A DNA stretch of 64,000 nt from NCBI GenBank assembly GCA_964016885.1, contig OZ024745.1, positions 77,810,001 to 77,874,000 on the forward strand. Reading direction: 5' to 3'. A program made the position numbers and the translations under genes. Of the stretch, positions 24,755-37,790 are shown one piece after another. Under the pieces are notes generated by a model that was not told the origin of the DNA, did no database searches, and saw only the letters and a list, made by a program, of their open reading frames with translations. Each line of letters begins with the position of its first letter. The first letter of the stretch is position 1. The stretch is from Eledone cirrhosa (taxonomy: Eukaryota).

Positions 24755-25025
24755 ATATATAAACAGACTAAATAAAGATGGCGTAGAAAATACAATGTAA
24801 CGGGAGGAAACAGTAGCACCACTGACGATGTTACAGATGTGCAACTAAAGAACTTTGATAAACTATATATATGTGTTTGTGTCTATATTGTATCTGTATT
24901 ATTTTAGATTACCGATATAAAAGATACAGAAACGAAAAGAGAAAACCAACCAAACAGTGAGTGTGTTCTGTTATTAATTATGGCAATACTACACAAATAT
25001 GACCCTCCCCAAGTATAACAATATT
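24021..25025 (+). mobile_element. 5'-truncated Penelope-like element with inverted pLTR
   Basis: 24021-24335 is a diverged reverse complement of 24755-25025. The spacer encodes an endonuclease tail. Confidence 0.75.
24333..24533 (+). pseudogene. Penelope-like GIY-YIG endonuclease C-terminal fragment
   Basis: YERARQQHDGNIDNIEIRIISKHRNDPADRQIREVSEIELRRSRLNKKNE fits the pattern H...I.I......R.I.E...I......LN.K.E. Confidence 0.65.
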
Positions 25026-25141
25026 TGTTTCGACACACGATTTCATATCAAAAACCTCGCAAAACTAATTCATCGCCGTTATATATACACACATTTACAT
25101 ATACATATATATATATACGTATGTCGGGGGTCTTACTGGTT

Positions 25142-25187
<46 letters not shown>

Positions 25188-25593
25188 TAATGTATTTATT
25201 TATTTACTCTTGGTGCAGCAGATATGAAATTCCCGATTTAAGGTTTGACTCTCTTTGTTTATTTTTTTATATATGAATATTGATTGTTTCTTATATCTCA
25301 TTCTGTTATTTTACCCGAGAAAATATCTATGTGTGTCATCAAACGTTGTACACACATAGTTATTTTTTCAAGTTCCAATTGAGTTCTCGCACGTGGCCTG
25401 AATTCCTTTTAGAATTCATTGTCCTGCGCATGTATTGTTTTTTTGGCGGTGATCTACTTCCTCATTTTTTAATCAGTTTGAGTATTTCTTTAGAACTGCT
25501 GGAGTAGCAACCTAACAGATACCTCAGGCACTGATGGTGATTATCGCTAAATACTGATAATGGTTAGATTATCAATATTAGTATTATTGGGCA

Positions 25594-25720
25594 CCCACTG
25601 AAGAATTATAAGACCCCACTTGAATATATATCTGTTGATCTTATACAAGCTCCTACATAAATTGGTATAATTTCACCCAAATTGTAGGAATCTTATAATG
25701 AAACGAGACGTCCGTCTGAG
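25594..25720 (+). ncRNA. Type-I hammerhead with very long stem II insert
   Basis: ccca CTGAAGA attataaga [~77 nt] tcttataat GAAA cgagacgtccg TC tgag. Perfect 9-bp stem II; near-palindromic stem III; one stem I mismatch. Confidence 0.7.
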
Positions 25721-26786
25721 AAGAGATATATTCGATATGTCTCATAAGAAATAATACAGCCAATTTTCCACACAATACAATTAGTTAGCACCCCGAACAT
25801 TTAATTAGGAATATACTCACTTATTTCCTAATGTTTGTTGAGTGAGTTGGAATTTGGCCGGAGTATAGCTAAAAGCTTTCTCCGATAATGTATTTATTTA
25901 TATATATAAATGTATATATTTATGTATAAATCAAGAAAATAAATACAAACCGGAATTTTGGAAGCTGTTTAGGTGATTGTTAGTTATAACAATTCCGGTT
26001 TGTATGTATTTTCTTGATTTATTCTTAAATTGAGTCTGGCAAACTCTATTGCCTATAGTTAGTATTCTTTTCACCTTAGCGAATCTGCTCCCTTATGATT
26101 TGAACATATATATGTATATATCTGTGTTAGTTTTTCTTTTATATACAATTATAATATACGACTCGGAAAAAATCTCTTTCCTAGAGCTATTTTATTGTAA
26201 GAGACTATTTTGAGTTTCTAACTCAATATATACCTTTGATACATAGTTAGAAACTCAAAATAGTCTCTTACAATAAAATAGCTCTAGGAAAGAGATTTTT
26301 TTCGAGTCGTATATTATAATTGTATATAAAAGAAAAACTAACACAGATATATACATATATATGTTCAAATCATAAGGGAGCAGATTCGCTAAGGTGAAAA
26401 GAATACTAACTATAGACAATAGAGTTTGCCAGACTCAATTTAAGAATAAATCAAGAAAATAAATACAAACCGGAATTGTATAACTAACAATCACCTAAAC
26501 AGCTTCCACAATTCCGGTCTGTATTTATTTTCTTGATTTATACATAAATATATACATTTATATATATAAATAAATACATTATCGGAGAAAGCTTTTAGCT
26601 ATACTCCGGCCAAATTACAACCCACTCAACAAACATTAGGAAATAAGTGAGTATATTCCTAATTAAATGTTCGGGGTGCTAACTAATTGTATTGTGTGGA
26701 AAATTGGCTGTATTATTTCTTATGAGACATATCGAATATATCTCTTCTCAGACGGACGTCTCGTTTCATTATAAGATTCCTACAAT
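25681..26786. repeat. Large foldback: ~543 bp arms, ~21 nt loop, ending in (TA)n
   Basis: 25681-26223 is the reverse complement of 26245-26786 with only scattered differences. Confidence 0.95.
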
Positions 26787-26828
26787 ATATATATATATAT
26801 ATACATACATATAAATATATATATATAC

Positions 26829-26937
<109 letters not shown>

Positions 26938-27008
26938 CATATAATACATATATATATATATATATATAAATGTACATATATATAGTGAAAAATTGAAGAA
27001 TTTTTAAC

Positions 27009-27045
<37 letters not shown>

Positions 27046-27180
27046 TAGAAGGGGTATTTAATTTGTTGGAAGTTCGACAAATATAAATGGTTATAACTAA
27101 TTTAGAGCACTCAACAGAGTACTGGAGTAAATATTCAATGATATTAAATAAATGGAAACTATATTTATAAAACCATATTT

Positions 27181-27242
27181 ATTTTATTATATATATTTCA
27201 AGGGTACCAAGACAACATTGGTACACTATCATCAGATAAAAT
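27181..27242 (-). ncRNA. Type-I hammerhead
   Basis: attttat CTGATGA tagtgtaccaa tgttgtc ttggtaccctt GAAA tatata TA ataaaat. 7-bp stem I; stem III palindrome ATATATAT. Confidence 0.8.
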
Positions 27243-27331
27243 ACAAAGTTGGTTTTATAAATAGAGACATAACCATGAAAATCATACCTTATCGGTTGGA
27301 TATTCTCTGGATAGATATTATTTAATATCAT

Positions 27332-27384
<53 letters not shown>

Positions 27385-27460
27385 CAAAGGAATTGTGGTA
27401 AGGAACCAAATGGACCATAACGCACCAGAGTACTCAATACTTAGGGTAGTAGAGTGGGAA

Positions 27461-27627
27461 ATAGGAAAAAGTATGACTCCGACGGCAGAGCTCAAGCCGT
27501 TTCGACGGCTATTGCACCACATCAACTCATTCCCTCACCTCCTGTAGGAATTACTATCATTCTATGTATGGTCCACTAGCCGTCGAAACGGCTTGAGCTC
27601 TGCCCCCGGGGTCATACTTTTTCCTAT
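27461..27627. repeat. Foldback (~51 bp arms) between (TA)n tracts
   Basis: 27461-27511 vs 27577-27627. The minus copy has a GAAACGGC...GCCGTC half-hammerhead-like stem III. Confidence 0.8.
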
Positions 27628-27636
27628 ATATATATA

Positions 27637-28004
27637 TGTAGTAAGACGCCTTACGCCCCCTGTCGGATAATAAACCAGGCCTAGTTGTCTCCCCCTGGTT
27701 GAGAACACTATTTAAGTAAGCAGCAGTATTAATTTCGCAGACAAGCCACGGAGACAGCAAACAGCAGACGGCCTTTGTACCACGAAACAGCAGACAGCCT
27801 TTGGACCACGAGATCACACAGATGTCAATACACTGAACTCCTATGCCGAAGCCACAAGGATAGTGTTGGCCGAGCACTGGCTCATAACTGATTTCACTTT
27901 ACTGGTCCCGTCACATTGGTGACCCAGACGTGGGCGTTACATTGGTGACCCACGACAATTGTAATACGTTGCCTTCATTTCAACTGATCACGTCGGGGTC
28001 ACCA
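27637..28004 (+). mobile_element. LTR-like segment followed by tRNA-Trp primer-binding sites
   Basis: Starts TGT after (TA)n and ends ACA before TGGTGACCCAGACGTG (27917) and TGGTGACCC (27943). A perfect TGGTGACCCCGACGTGAT lies on minus at 27987-28004. Confidence 0.55.
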
Positions 28005-28041
28005 GTATGGGAATGAAGAATCTTTGTTGGATAGTTTATCA

Positions 28042-28332
28042 ATATAGACGTGAGGGAAAGTCCCTCGTCTATTTACCATTTTCGTAAGTGAGAGGATAGG
28101 TATTCCATAGAATTATAACAAGTGAGTGGGTATGTTGTTTAATTTGTAATATAACAAACACATAATAGACAAAATAAACATCATCCTTATTTACATTGTT
28201 GAATAGAACTCTCGTTGTGGTTATTATCTTGTCTATACACACACCCACTCACTTGTTATAATTCTATGGAGTACCTATCCTCTCACTTACGAAAATGGTA
28301 AATAGACGAGGGACTTTCCCTCACGTCTATAT
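28042..28332. repeat. Foldback (~90 bp arms) ending in (TA)n
   Basis: 28042-28130 vs 28243-28332. Confidence 0.9.
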
Positions 28333-28423
28333 ATAATATATATATAATATATATATATAATATATATATATAATATATATATATAATATATATATCTATA
28401 TATCTATATATATATATATATAA

Positions 28424-28848
28424 AATATTTATTAAAATAACAGATTAAAGTTTAAGCAAAGAATCGCTGCTTTCACCCTTAACGGGATCTTCTGAAACTA
28501 ACAAAGTCAATCTGTAAACGCAGAACTGGATATTTCAAAAAACGTTGCAACCGGAGGAAGACAGGAAGACGATACTTTGGTTAGTGGTAACGTTCGCTGG
28601 CAAAGAACGGGAAAAAACGAATAATACGTCATTAATAGGAGCGGTGAAAAACAATTACGCGCAAAGACAAAACCACGTTTATGGTATAAAAGAGGTCGTA
28701 GATGTTCCTGTCTTCCTCCGGTTGCAACGTTTTTTGAAATATCGAGTTCTGCGTTTACAGATTGACTTTGTTAGTTTCAGAAGATCCCGTTAAGAGTGAA
28801 AGCAGCGATTCTTTGCTTAAACTTTAATCTGTTATTTTAATAAATATT
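28424..28848. repeat. Foldback (~144 bp arms)
   Basis: 28424-28567 vs 28705-28848. Confidence 0.9.
28773..28823 (+). ncRNA. Hammerhead-like motif with CAGAAGA core (copies 28449-28499 and 31811-31860 on -)
   Basis: agttt CAGAAGA tccc gttaa g(a/g)gt GAAA gcag cgattct ttgc TT aaact. All three stems form, but U4 is A. Confidence 0.5.
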
Positions 28849-28957
28849 TGCTCTACAGTTCTTATATATTTGATATATATTTATCCTTATCGAGCCCTCT
28901 TTGGATTTTAGTCTTCAATTTTATTATTATTACTATATATAAAATATATATATATAA

Positions 28958-29060
<103 letters not shown>

Positions 29061-29241
29061 ATAAATTTTGAGTATGTGTTGGTTGTTTACCGACACCTCA
29101 GTATGCAGGTTGGAGCACTCAAGGAATGATTCCAGTTCATTGGAGGACTAACAACACACCCAGGAGCTGGACATATCGATGAATTGACAGTAGAACACAT
29201 TTCAACAACATGTTTACCTGTTTGCTCTGCATTAATTCGTA

Positions 29242-29294
29242 CTGCCTGAAGAGGTCATAGCCTATAATGGCTGTCACTGAAATATATAAAGCAG
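29242..29294 (+). ncRNA. Degenerate type-I hammerhead
   Basis: ctgc CTGAAGA ggtcatagcc tataat ggctgtcact GAAA tatata aa gcag. The cleavage-site U appears mutated. Confidence 0.55.
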
Positions 29295-29379
29295 AGAATT
29301 ATAATAAAGAAACTAAATTTAACATTTTTGACTTACTTATTTTATGTATGTATATATATATATACATTTATATATAAAC

Positions 29380-29442
<63 letters not shown>

Positions 29443-29669
29443 AATGTATATATACATATATGGATGATTTGATGGTCAGAGTGGGGTCATGAAGACTGCG
29501 GATTGACCTCTGGCCGGCCCTGATGATGATTACCTTTCGACATCCAGTGTAGCAAGCGATGACCCAGAACTTACCAGAGATCATTGTGTCATGAAGTGAT
29601 TCTGCAATCACCGCGCCTGGTCCTATGAGTAGGGTACAACCACAGGGATCATTAATTTAGAATCCTCGC

Positions 29670-29855
29670 GGTGAATTGGCAGTATCGGTAGAGAGTTGGA
29701 CGCCATGCTTTGACGCATAGAGTTACTGCCCTTGCCATTCTGAGTTCAAATCCCGCCGAGGTTAACTTTGCCTTTCATCCTTACGGGGTCGATAAAATAA
29801 AGTACCAGTAATGTACTGGATAATTGCTGGCCTTGTGCCAAAAGTAGAAACAATT
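29670..29855 (+). mobile_element. Short SINE with 19-bp target-site duplication
   Basis: ATTAATTTAGAATCCTCGC at 29651-29669 and 29853-29871. Confidence 0.9.
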
Positions 29856-30139
29856 AATTTAGAATCCTCGCTCATCGTCTATAATATTCATTTGTGGCAC
29901 CCTAGGATGGGGGTTAATTCACCATAATAATACGAACACCTTCAGCACAACTTAATAAACTACTCTATAGTTAAAACACTTTATGCTGTAGGAATTTTTT
30001 GGAAGTTGCGCATAACCATAGAAATTAGGGTCTATATTGAGACATTTCAATAGCTAGGTATAGAAACCCCGGAGTTACCTCCCCTCATGCATTAACTCCC
30101 CTTATCCACACACAATACTTCCGGGTAGTATTCAATGTC

Positions 30140-30310
30140 GTTTCGCGAAACGTAACAGCCTCCTGTATTGAACTAAAGAACATCGGACTACGATTCTCTA
30201 ACTGGATTGTCAAACGCTCAATATAGAATTGCCGTGGATTATGTGAGGGGCATATAATCGAAGAATACACTCCCCTGACCATGAAAATGTCGAAGTACAT
30301 GAGGTCCTTG
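30140..30310 (+). pseudogene. Possible degraded Penelope GIY-YIG fragment upstream of a hammerhead
   Basis: Broken frames give ET..Q...KEHRTTIL...HSPDHENVEV. Confidence 0.3.
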
Positions 30311-30742
30311 TCATCCCTTCGCTGTGCATCTCCAATACGTTTAATACTTTTAATGCTTGCACTATTTTTAATGCTTATATCTTTTCTCCACACACAGACT
30401 ATAACAATCATATAAAGAATTTCCCACCAGATCAACCAACCTAACACTCTTCTTTACCTACCTAAGTGCTCCTACCACACATATCTCTCTGCCACACTAT
30501 ATAAACAAGACGCACGTGCTTGCCACACATATAACATTTGCACTATATAACCGCTTATCTTCATGTTGCATTTTAACCTGTATTTTTGATTTTTGATTGT
30601 ACCTTTTATTATGAATGTAATCTCGAAGTGTGTACTGCCACTCTAAATGCTGTAATGAATGTTGACCCACAATATTTGCATATGTATCGGTATGTCTCTT
30701 CGGTGAAAAGGAGGTCATATAACTGTCCATTCATTAATAAAT

Positions 30743-30789
30743 TGCTCCGAAGAATCCAAACCTCGGTTTGGAGGAAACAGCTGTAAGCA
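30743..30789 (+). ncRNA. Type-I hammerhead (U4C core)
   Basis: tgct CCGAAGA a tccaaac ctcg gtttgga g GAAA cagctg TA agca. Stem III palindrome ACAGCTGT. Confidence 0.75.
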
Positions 30790-31731
30790 CAATAATGTTT
30801 TGAACAGTTCTTTGATTCTTATATTTCATATAACAGCTCTGTAAATCATCTGATGTTTTTACATTGAGCTACTTAACTTACTGGTAATAAGCTAGTAATA
30901 CATTACTGCCTACCACTATTTAGAGTTTGTATAAAAAATATATATAACTGCTAAAGTCTTTTGTATTTTCATAACCATAAATAGTACAATTAATACTATA
31001 TATACATATATATTTATATATGTTTTGTGATATTTTGCAATTTTGCAATAACCACACATACTGAATTCATCCGCCAAAACTAGGGGTTCTCTCTCTAAGT
31101 CGGGACGTGGGTTTAGATAACGGTCAGTTCCTTAGCTTTGCATAAACAAAATCCCTGTTGAAAAAGTGACTTCCTTGTTCGATCATCATACCAAATGCTT
31201 AGCATTATTTGTTTAAGCAGACAGTACTTGATTTAGGAGTTGCAGAAACCCCATATTGGATTTACCACCGTTTCCAAAGGGTCCGAGTAAATTTTTCAAT
31301 CATATTTAATTATTTGTTTGACCCGAATAGCTTGCTCGCTTCTATGGCTTTGCGGTTAATGGTTTAACCATCGTCTCAGTGTGTTTGGCCTTTTAACGTA
31401 GTGTTTATTGCTCTAGTTCACTCGTTTCTATTGAGCGCTTGCCACGCATCTCGCTAATTTCCAATAGCCGAAATGTGATCCTCGCTAATTTATATTTATA
31501 TATATATACACACATATATATATGACTACCATGACTGGATCTTAACCATCTACTATGTCAGGGTATGTCATGCATCATCTTATTTTATCTGAAATATGTA
31601 TAATAAAATATACTTGATCACAAGAAGTTCTATTTTTGTTAATATTTTGAATTAATATTAATAACTCCGGATAACCATTTCTGTTGAGTGCTTGTAAAAC
31701 TAATTCTTTGATTTATTCATTGTATAATCTT

Positions 31732-31794
<63 letters not shown>

Positions 31795-31871
31795 TAAAAT
31801 AACAGATTAAAGTTTAAGCAAAGAATCGCTGCTTTCACCCTTAACGGGATCTTCTGAAACATATATATATA

Positions 31872-32365
31872 TGCGAAGTGGTAAGTGTTATCAAAAGGTT
31901 TCAGGACTATTTCTGTAGCGCGCCAACAGATGGCAACATACGGTTGCGTGCGCAGTAAGAGCTAACAGTGATCTTCGTGCATCAGTGTGCCGAGTGAGAT
32001 CGCTGTTTTCACATTGCAACTTTGTGTTTTTGTGATCACATGTATGCTGTAGTCTGCGTGTTTGTCATGAACAGGAACTTGGAACAAAGAACCAAAGTGA
32101 AATTGTGTGTTCAACTTGGGAAGTCTGCTTGGGCAGGCTTACGGCAACGAGGCAGTGTGTCGTATGCAATGTTACGATTGTCACAGGCGCTCCGAAGAAG
32201 GCTCGACAGAGCCGCAGATCAACCAAGAGCATGCTCATCTTTATTTTTCAACTTCCGCAGTATTGTGCATCGTGAATTCGTCACCCAGGGTCAGACCGTC
32301 AATCGAGAGTTTTACTGCAACATTTTGAGGCATTCGAAGGAGGACATTCGTCGAAAGCAACCGTC
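31872..32365 (+). mobile_element. Internally deleted mariner transposon remnant
   Basis: MNRNLEQRTKVKLCVQLGKSA, QAYGNEAV and IVHREFVTQGQTVNREFYCNILRH...IRRKQP match mariner transposase motifs. Confidence 0.8.
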
Positions 32366-32620
32366 AGATACGTTAAGATAGCGGCACAAAAGGCCGGATA
32401 CAGAGGATCTATGCAGTTCAAAGACAACTATAGTTAAAACAATGATTTAGAACAACCGTCTCAGATGGCTTGACTATGTATGCCGAATGGAAGATAGTCG
32501 CATTCCAAGCAACTTCTGAATATGGTACGTCATGACCGCTGACCACACTGCATGGATGCAGCAGACAGAAAATGACTGCGCTCTTTCAGTAGCGCAACTT
32601 GCCTAGCAATTGGAAATGCG
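32366..32620 (+). mobile_element. RTE-clade LINE 3' remnant
   Basis: RLRWLDYVCRMEDSRIP. Confidence 0.55.
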
Positions 32621-32635
32621 CTGAATATGTCATCA

Positions 32636-32803
32636 TAATTGTATCTGCTTTTGGCACAAGGCCAGCAATTAACCCAGTGTATTACTGCTACTTTATTTTA
32701 TCGACCCCGTAAGGCAAAGTTAACCTCGGCGGGATTTGAACTCAGTCCGTAAAGGGACGTAACTGTGCTACAAAGCATGGCGTCCGATACTGCCATTCCA
32801 CCA
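32636..32803 (-). mobile_element. Short SINE copy with diverged TSD
   Basis: Flanks CTGAATATGTCATCATAAT and CTGAAGATGTCAACATAAT. Confidence 0.8.
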
Positions 32804-32936
32804 CCTGAAGATGTCAACATAATGAGAGTCCCCGTGACGGGGACGAGAGCAGATGATTTAAATTTATTCTTTATGCAGATTGCTATTAAATAGAATTATC
32901 CTTTGCTTTATCTATTTTTCCTTTAACATGTATATA

Positions 32937-32994
<58 letters not shown>

Positions 32995-33161
32995 GCTCTA
33001 AGATACTGAGAGAAAACGAGTGACTCTCTAACTACCCGGAAATAAATTCTCATTCCGTCAATTGTGAGTATACATCTGTTTTAAATGTCTACACTAAGCT
33101 AATAGGATTCACAATACTTTGAAATATGACATGATATACATCTACGAAAGCCTCTAGGATA

Positions 33162-33209
<48 letters not shown>

Positions 33210-33224
33210 GTATATATATATGTA

Positions 33225-33342
<118 letters not shown>

Positions 33343-33386
33343 TGTATGTATGTATGTATGTATTTATGTATGTATGTATGTGTGTA

Positions 33387-33455
<69 letters not shown>

Positions 33456-34169
33456 GTGTGTGTGTGTGTCGCAGATGAAGAAACATGTTTGAACCTAACA
33501 TATGTCTCATAAATATTTGTGCCTGTGTCCGTGTGAGCGCGATTTTGTGCGCATGCGCGTGTTCATACACGTACATGAAAATATGTTAGTGTACGTGTAT
33601 GAACATATGGGTGGGATGGGTAGCAGTGTTGATTATTGAGCTGTCCTCGTGAAGACATGAAGTGTTAGTTAAAATAAATATTGATATTTCAGAAGTATGT
33701 ATAGAGGACATAAACTTCTTAACATATATGTCTTTCTTGTCTAACGGTATTCATGTGATTTGTTGTAATAACCCCTAATAAGAAGGCTAATAAAAATAGT
33801 AGAACGTATGGTGAAGATATCTTGTTTGACAGGGATTTAGATATATAAGAGTTTGTGACAGCTAGAATGCTGTTATTTTCTTCCTTTGACAACAACATTA
33901 GTAGTGTAGATTGTAGGGTAGTTTCTTCAAGTAATCTAAAGTACCACGCCAACTATCATCTCTACGGGGGTTTATCTTGCACAAATATATAAGGAGCGTT
34001 TTACATGATTCGTGATATTTCTTGTGGCTGTAGAAATAGTAACCAAACTTACAGTGAAGGAATTATAGGTTATAGAAGTGTCATGTTATTATGATTTTCT
34101 TTCCTTGTGTCTGTGACAGTGTGTATTTGCATAAGATATCAATACCAAATTCCAGGCATAGATTTCATA

Positions 34170-35330
34170 TTGGCTGAGCTGACGGAAATAGTCTTCTGAA
34201 GGATTCTGACCAAATCCTTTCTCGATGGGAACATTTCAAAGATATCCTCAACTGCCATCATACGGTTGATCGGGCTGCTCTGAAACAGTTTCCTCAGCCT
34301 CCCCATATCGAATAACTAGATGCTCATATTTCGTTTGAGGAGGGCTCTTTGGCGATACAATCTCTCCACAACAGGATGTCCACTGGGTCAGATGGCATCC
34401 CTCCTGAAATCTGCAAGTATGTTGACATCACACTGCACAACTATCTCTACGGACCTGTTGAAGACCACCCGGAACACCGGTCTCCTTCCTCGGGAGTGAA
34501 ATGATGCGAACATCTACCCTAGAAAAAGGGTGATCCTTCCGTCTGCGGATATAATCACGGGATTTCCTTTCTGGCTTAGTCCCATCTCTAGATTTGTCTC
34601 CCTTCTCACCGAGATATTTCTTCCGTAGTTAACGTGTGGTTTCCACAACAAAGGCGGTACCGTGACATGACGTTGTTGCACGCCAAATTCAGAAGTGTCG
34701 ATAACAACATTGTGATCTCTGCTTGATTTTCCTCGATATATCAAAAGCGTTCGACACTGTAAATCGCGAACTTTGCAAGGAGACTACTGCAAAGGCTTGG
34801 GTGTCTACCAAGCTTTTAGCGACTCATCCAATAATTGTTTCTACTTTAGGCACAAGGCCAGCAATTACCCAGTGCATTACAGGTACTTTATTTTATCGAC
34901 CCCGTAAGGATGAAAGGCAAAGTCAACCTCGGCATGAAGGTATGAAGATCCGTGTGGTTATTGGCGGTTTAGAATCAAACTCTTTTAATGTCAGCCTTGG
35001 CTCCGGTTCTTTTCAACCAATGGGTGAACTTGATCCTGACAATGTAATCACGATCAATTACGATCTTGACTGTAGTGTATTCAAATCTGACGACTCAGAT
35101 ATCAATCGAAGTCTCTGACTTTAAACTCGTGTACACCGCTGACTCTGGTCTGGAAATTCACGATCAAGAATCGCCGCTGCATGTCCTGAATGTCACAGCG
35201 AACGTTTATCAACGACTCGGTCTTAATGTTAACACCATAAAACCTGAGTGTCTCTCTATTGCTGCAGATCGAAGTGGATGGTGGACCATCTGTCATCAAG
35301 CTTGTGAAATCATCGAGATATATGGCTTGT
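34170..35330 (+). pseudogene. Degraded RTE-clade reverse transcriptase with a SINE fragment inserted at 34830-34932 (-)
   Basis: GSDGIPPEICKY, KKGDPSVCG and IFLDISKAFDTVNRE. Confidence 0.7.
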
Positions 35331-37529
35331 GAAAGCATCGAGATATATGGCTTGTGAAAGCATCGAGATTAATGGCTCCATGAACACCGAACGGAGCGTG
35401 CTACCGTCACTGATTGAATGCCTCAAACACGCAGATCATCGCAGCTTAGCATTTGTTCTCTGCTGACATCAACGTATTAACCAACTGAGATTAACCAGCA
35501 TGTAGAGATATCGTCGCCCTCGAAATCTAAGTAGAAAGTAACTTTGTCAGCCTTTAGGGTGAATGCTTGAATAAACAAAGTACCGAGCGAAATAACTAGT
35601 GAAAGTCACACATATACATATATACAGAGGTATGTAAAGGAAAGAAAAAAAAACGACCGTTTTTATAGTTGTTGCTTTGAACTGAGTGACATAACATAAA
35701 CAAGATGTAGGGAGTGGGTTTCTTTCCAGCCAACATTATATGTCGGTCTGTCTCTTCTTTTATAGTATTAATAACATTACAATAAAAGTTATTCCAGGTT
35801 AACCATAAAGGACCGATTGACAATATTGAGCCAATTAGCTACAGTTAAATAATGCACTTTGCCATGTGAATTATTTAACCCCTGATGACTAATTAAGTTA
35901 TTTTAAAGGCATAATCTTTAAAATGCCGAAAAATTCACCTTGCCTTATTTAGTTCAATTCTGAAATCAAATGCTACTAAATCTACATCCCCGCCTAGTTC
36001 CTTACCTGAGTCAGTAATATGAAGTACTAGTACGGTCGATTAAAATGTTTTGTCGCTTAATTAGGTGGAACAAAAATGTTTATGAACCTCAGAGACCGGT
36101 AAAAGGAGAAACAAGGCAAAAAGTATCCTCAAATGAAAACTTGACCCGAATGATTCAAACTCATAGAAAAGGCAAGGCAGAATTCAAACTAAGAAAGACA
36201 GAAGGCGAATAAATACCGATCATTTCGTTAGACGCTTTAACGTTCCTGGCAATTCGTCGCCTCAACAATTCAACGGCCGAGAATCTTAAACCAATCTATT
36301 TAGTGCTGCTAACAATTTAAAGGCGGGTGAGAATTCAATAGTCACAGTAATGCTATCAAAAGATCCCGGGTACCATTAATTTTGAAAAGGATAGTAGATT
36401 ACTAAAATAAGTAGAGCGTTGAACAAAATAGCTTGTGGTATTCATTCCCACTCTATATGTTCTGAGTTCAAATCTTGTCGAAATTAACTTTCATCTGTCT
36501 GGGGTCTGTAAAATATAATACCAGTCTATACTACGGCGGCTGATTATATTTCTGACTGCATGTTTTAGAAATAATTATTAGATTTGAAATACATAAGGGT
36601 GGTTTAATGCCACACACACATAATTAACGGGATATCAGGCATCGTACTGGTTGAGGCCTGTGGTAGAGAAAGAATCAACATTTTTTCCATAATTACAATG
36701 TTTTTTTTCTTTGAATTCCCTTATAATTTGAATTCTTTTTGTTTCTTTTAATAACCATAGGTTTATTAAAATATTTGATAAACTTACTTTCGAGTAATTA
36801 TTTCTGCTATTACTGCTGTTTATCGAATTACCAACACCCTTACAACAACTAAGAAATATATGCCTTTCACGCGAGGTTTTAACAGCTTATTTTTATATTT
36901 TAGTTTTCTCAGATATCATTTTTTCAGTGAGGTATAGTTTATTCTTCTTATCAAAATGGTTCATCCAAACTGTACTCTTACCAAATATGTAATTACCAAT
37001 CAGGATTTACAGGTAATTTGTTTTTACCTCTATGAGCTTCATTGTCACACTACTCTCTTTCCATTCAGTTATTCTAATGAGTCAAATGTCCATAATATTT
37101 CATATTATTCTGAAACAAACTCTCAGTTCTATTTCAAGAAGATAATATTTCTTTCTGAATGTGAATTCAAAAGAAATAAATATAGGGATTGTCAAATAAA
37201 AAGAAAAAGGAAGCTCTTACTTTTAGTATTCATTGCATCACATTTTAATAGCGTTGCGTAATACATGTAACATACATTTTAAGGTATTGCAATATACACA
37301 AACTATTATGCCAGTAATAACTATAGCATTCAGCAAAACTATTCATAAGATTAGTTGCCATATACTAGAATGGGTAATTATTGGGGTGAATAATTAAGTA
37401 AAGTGTTATGAAGTGTTTAACTTATTTTAAACATACCAAACCTAAACAGAACATTCTCAGATATCTACATCAAGCCAGACACATTGTTATCCCATAGCAC
37501 CATAACATATTCTTTTTCTTCTTCGCCTA

Positions 37530-37790
37530 CTTATTCATGAGAGGGTCGTGGGGCCAGAGTCTTCAAATACTCCCACCAGTGGGTCCTGTCAGAAGCAACC
37601 GTCTCCAACTTATCCGACTGGATACCCAAGCGTGACCAGCTGTCTTGCTCGGGGTCTACCCCTGGGTCTCTTGCTTGGTTTTTGCCGTAAAATTTGCCCA
37701 CCGATGATTTCTTGAGACATTCTAACCACATGCCCATAGTATAGGAGCTGTGATCTCTCAATCTTAGCGACTCCTCTCTTTAAGGCTTCT
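37530..37790 (-). mobile_element. RTE-clade LINE 3' remnant
   Basis: IERSQLLYYGHVVRM...KRPRGRPR and LETVASDRTHW, with a GAA-rich tail. Confidence 0.75.
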
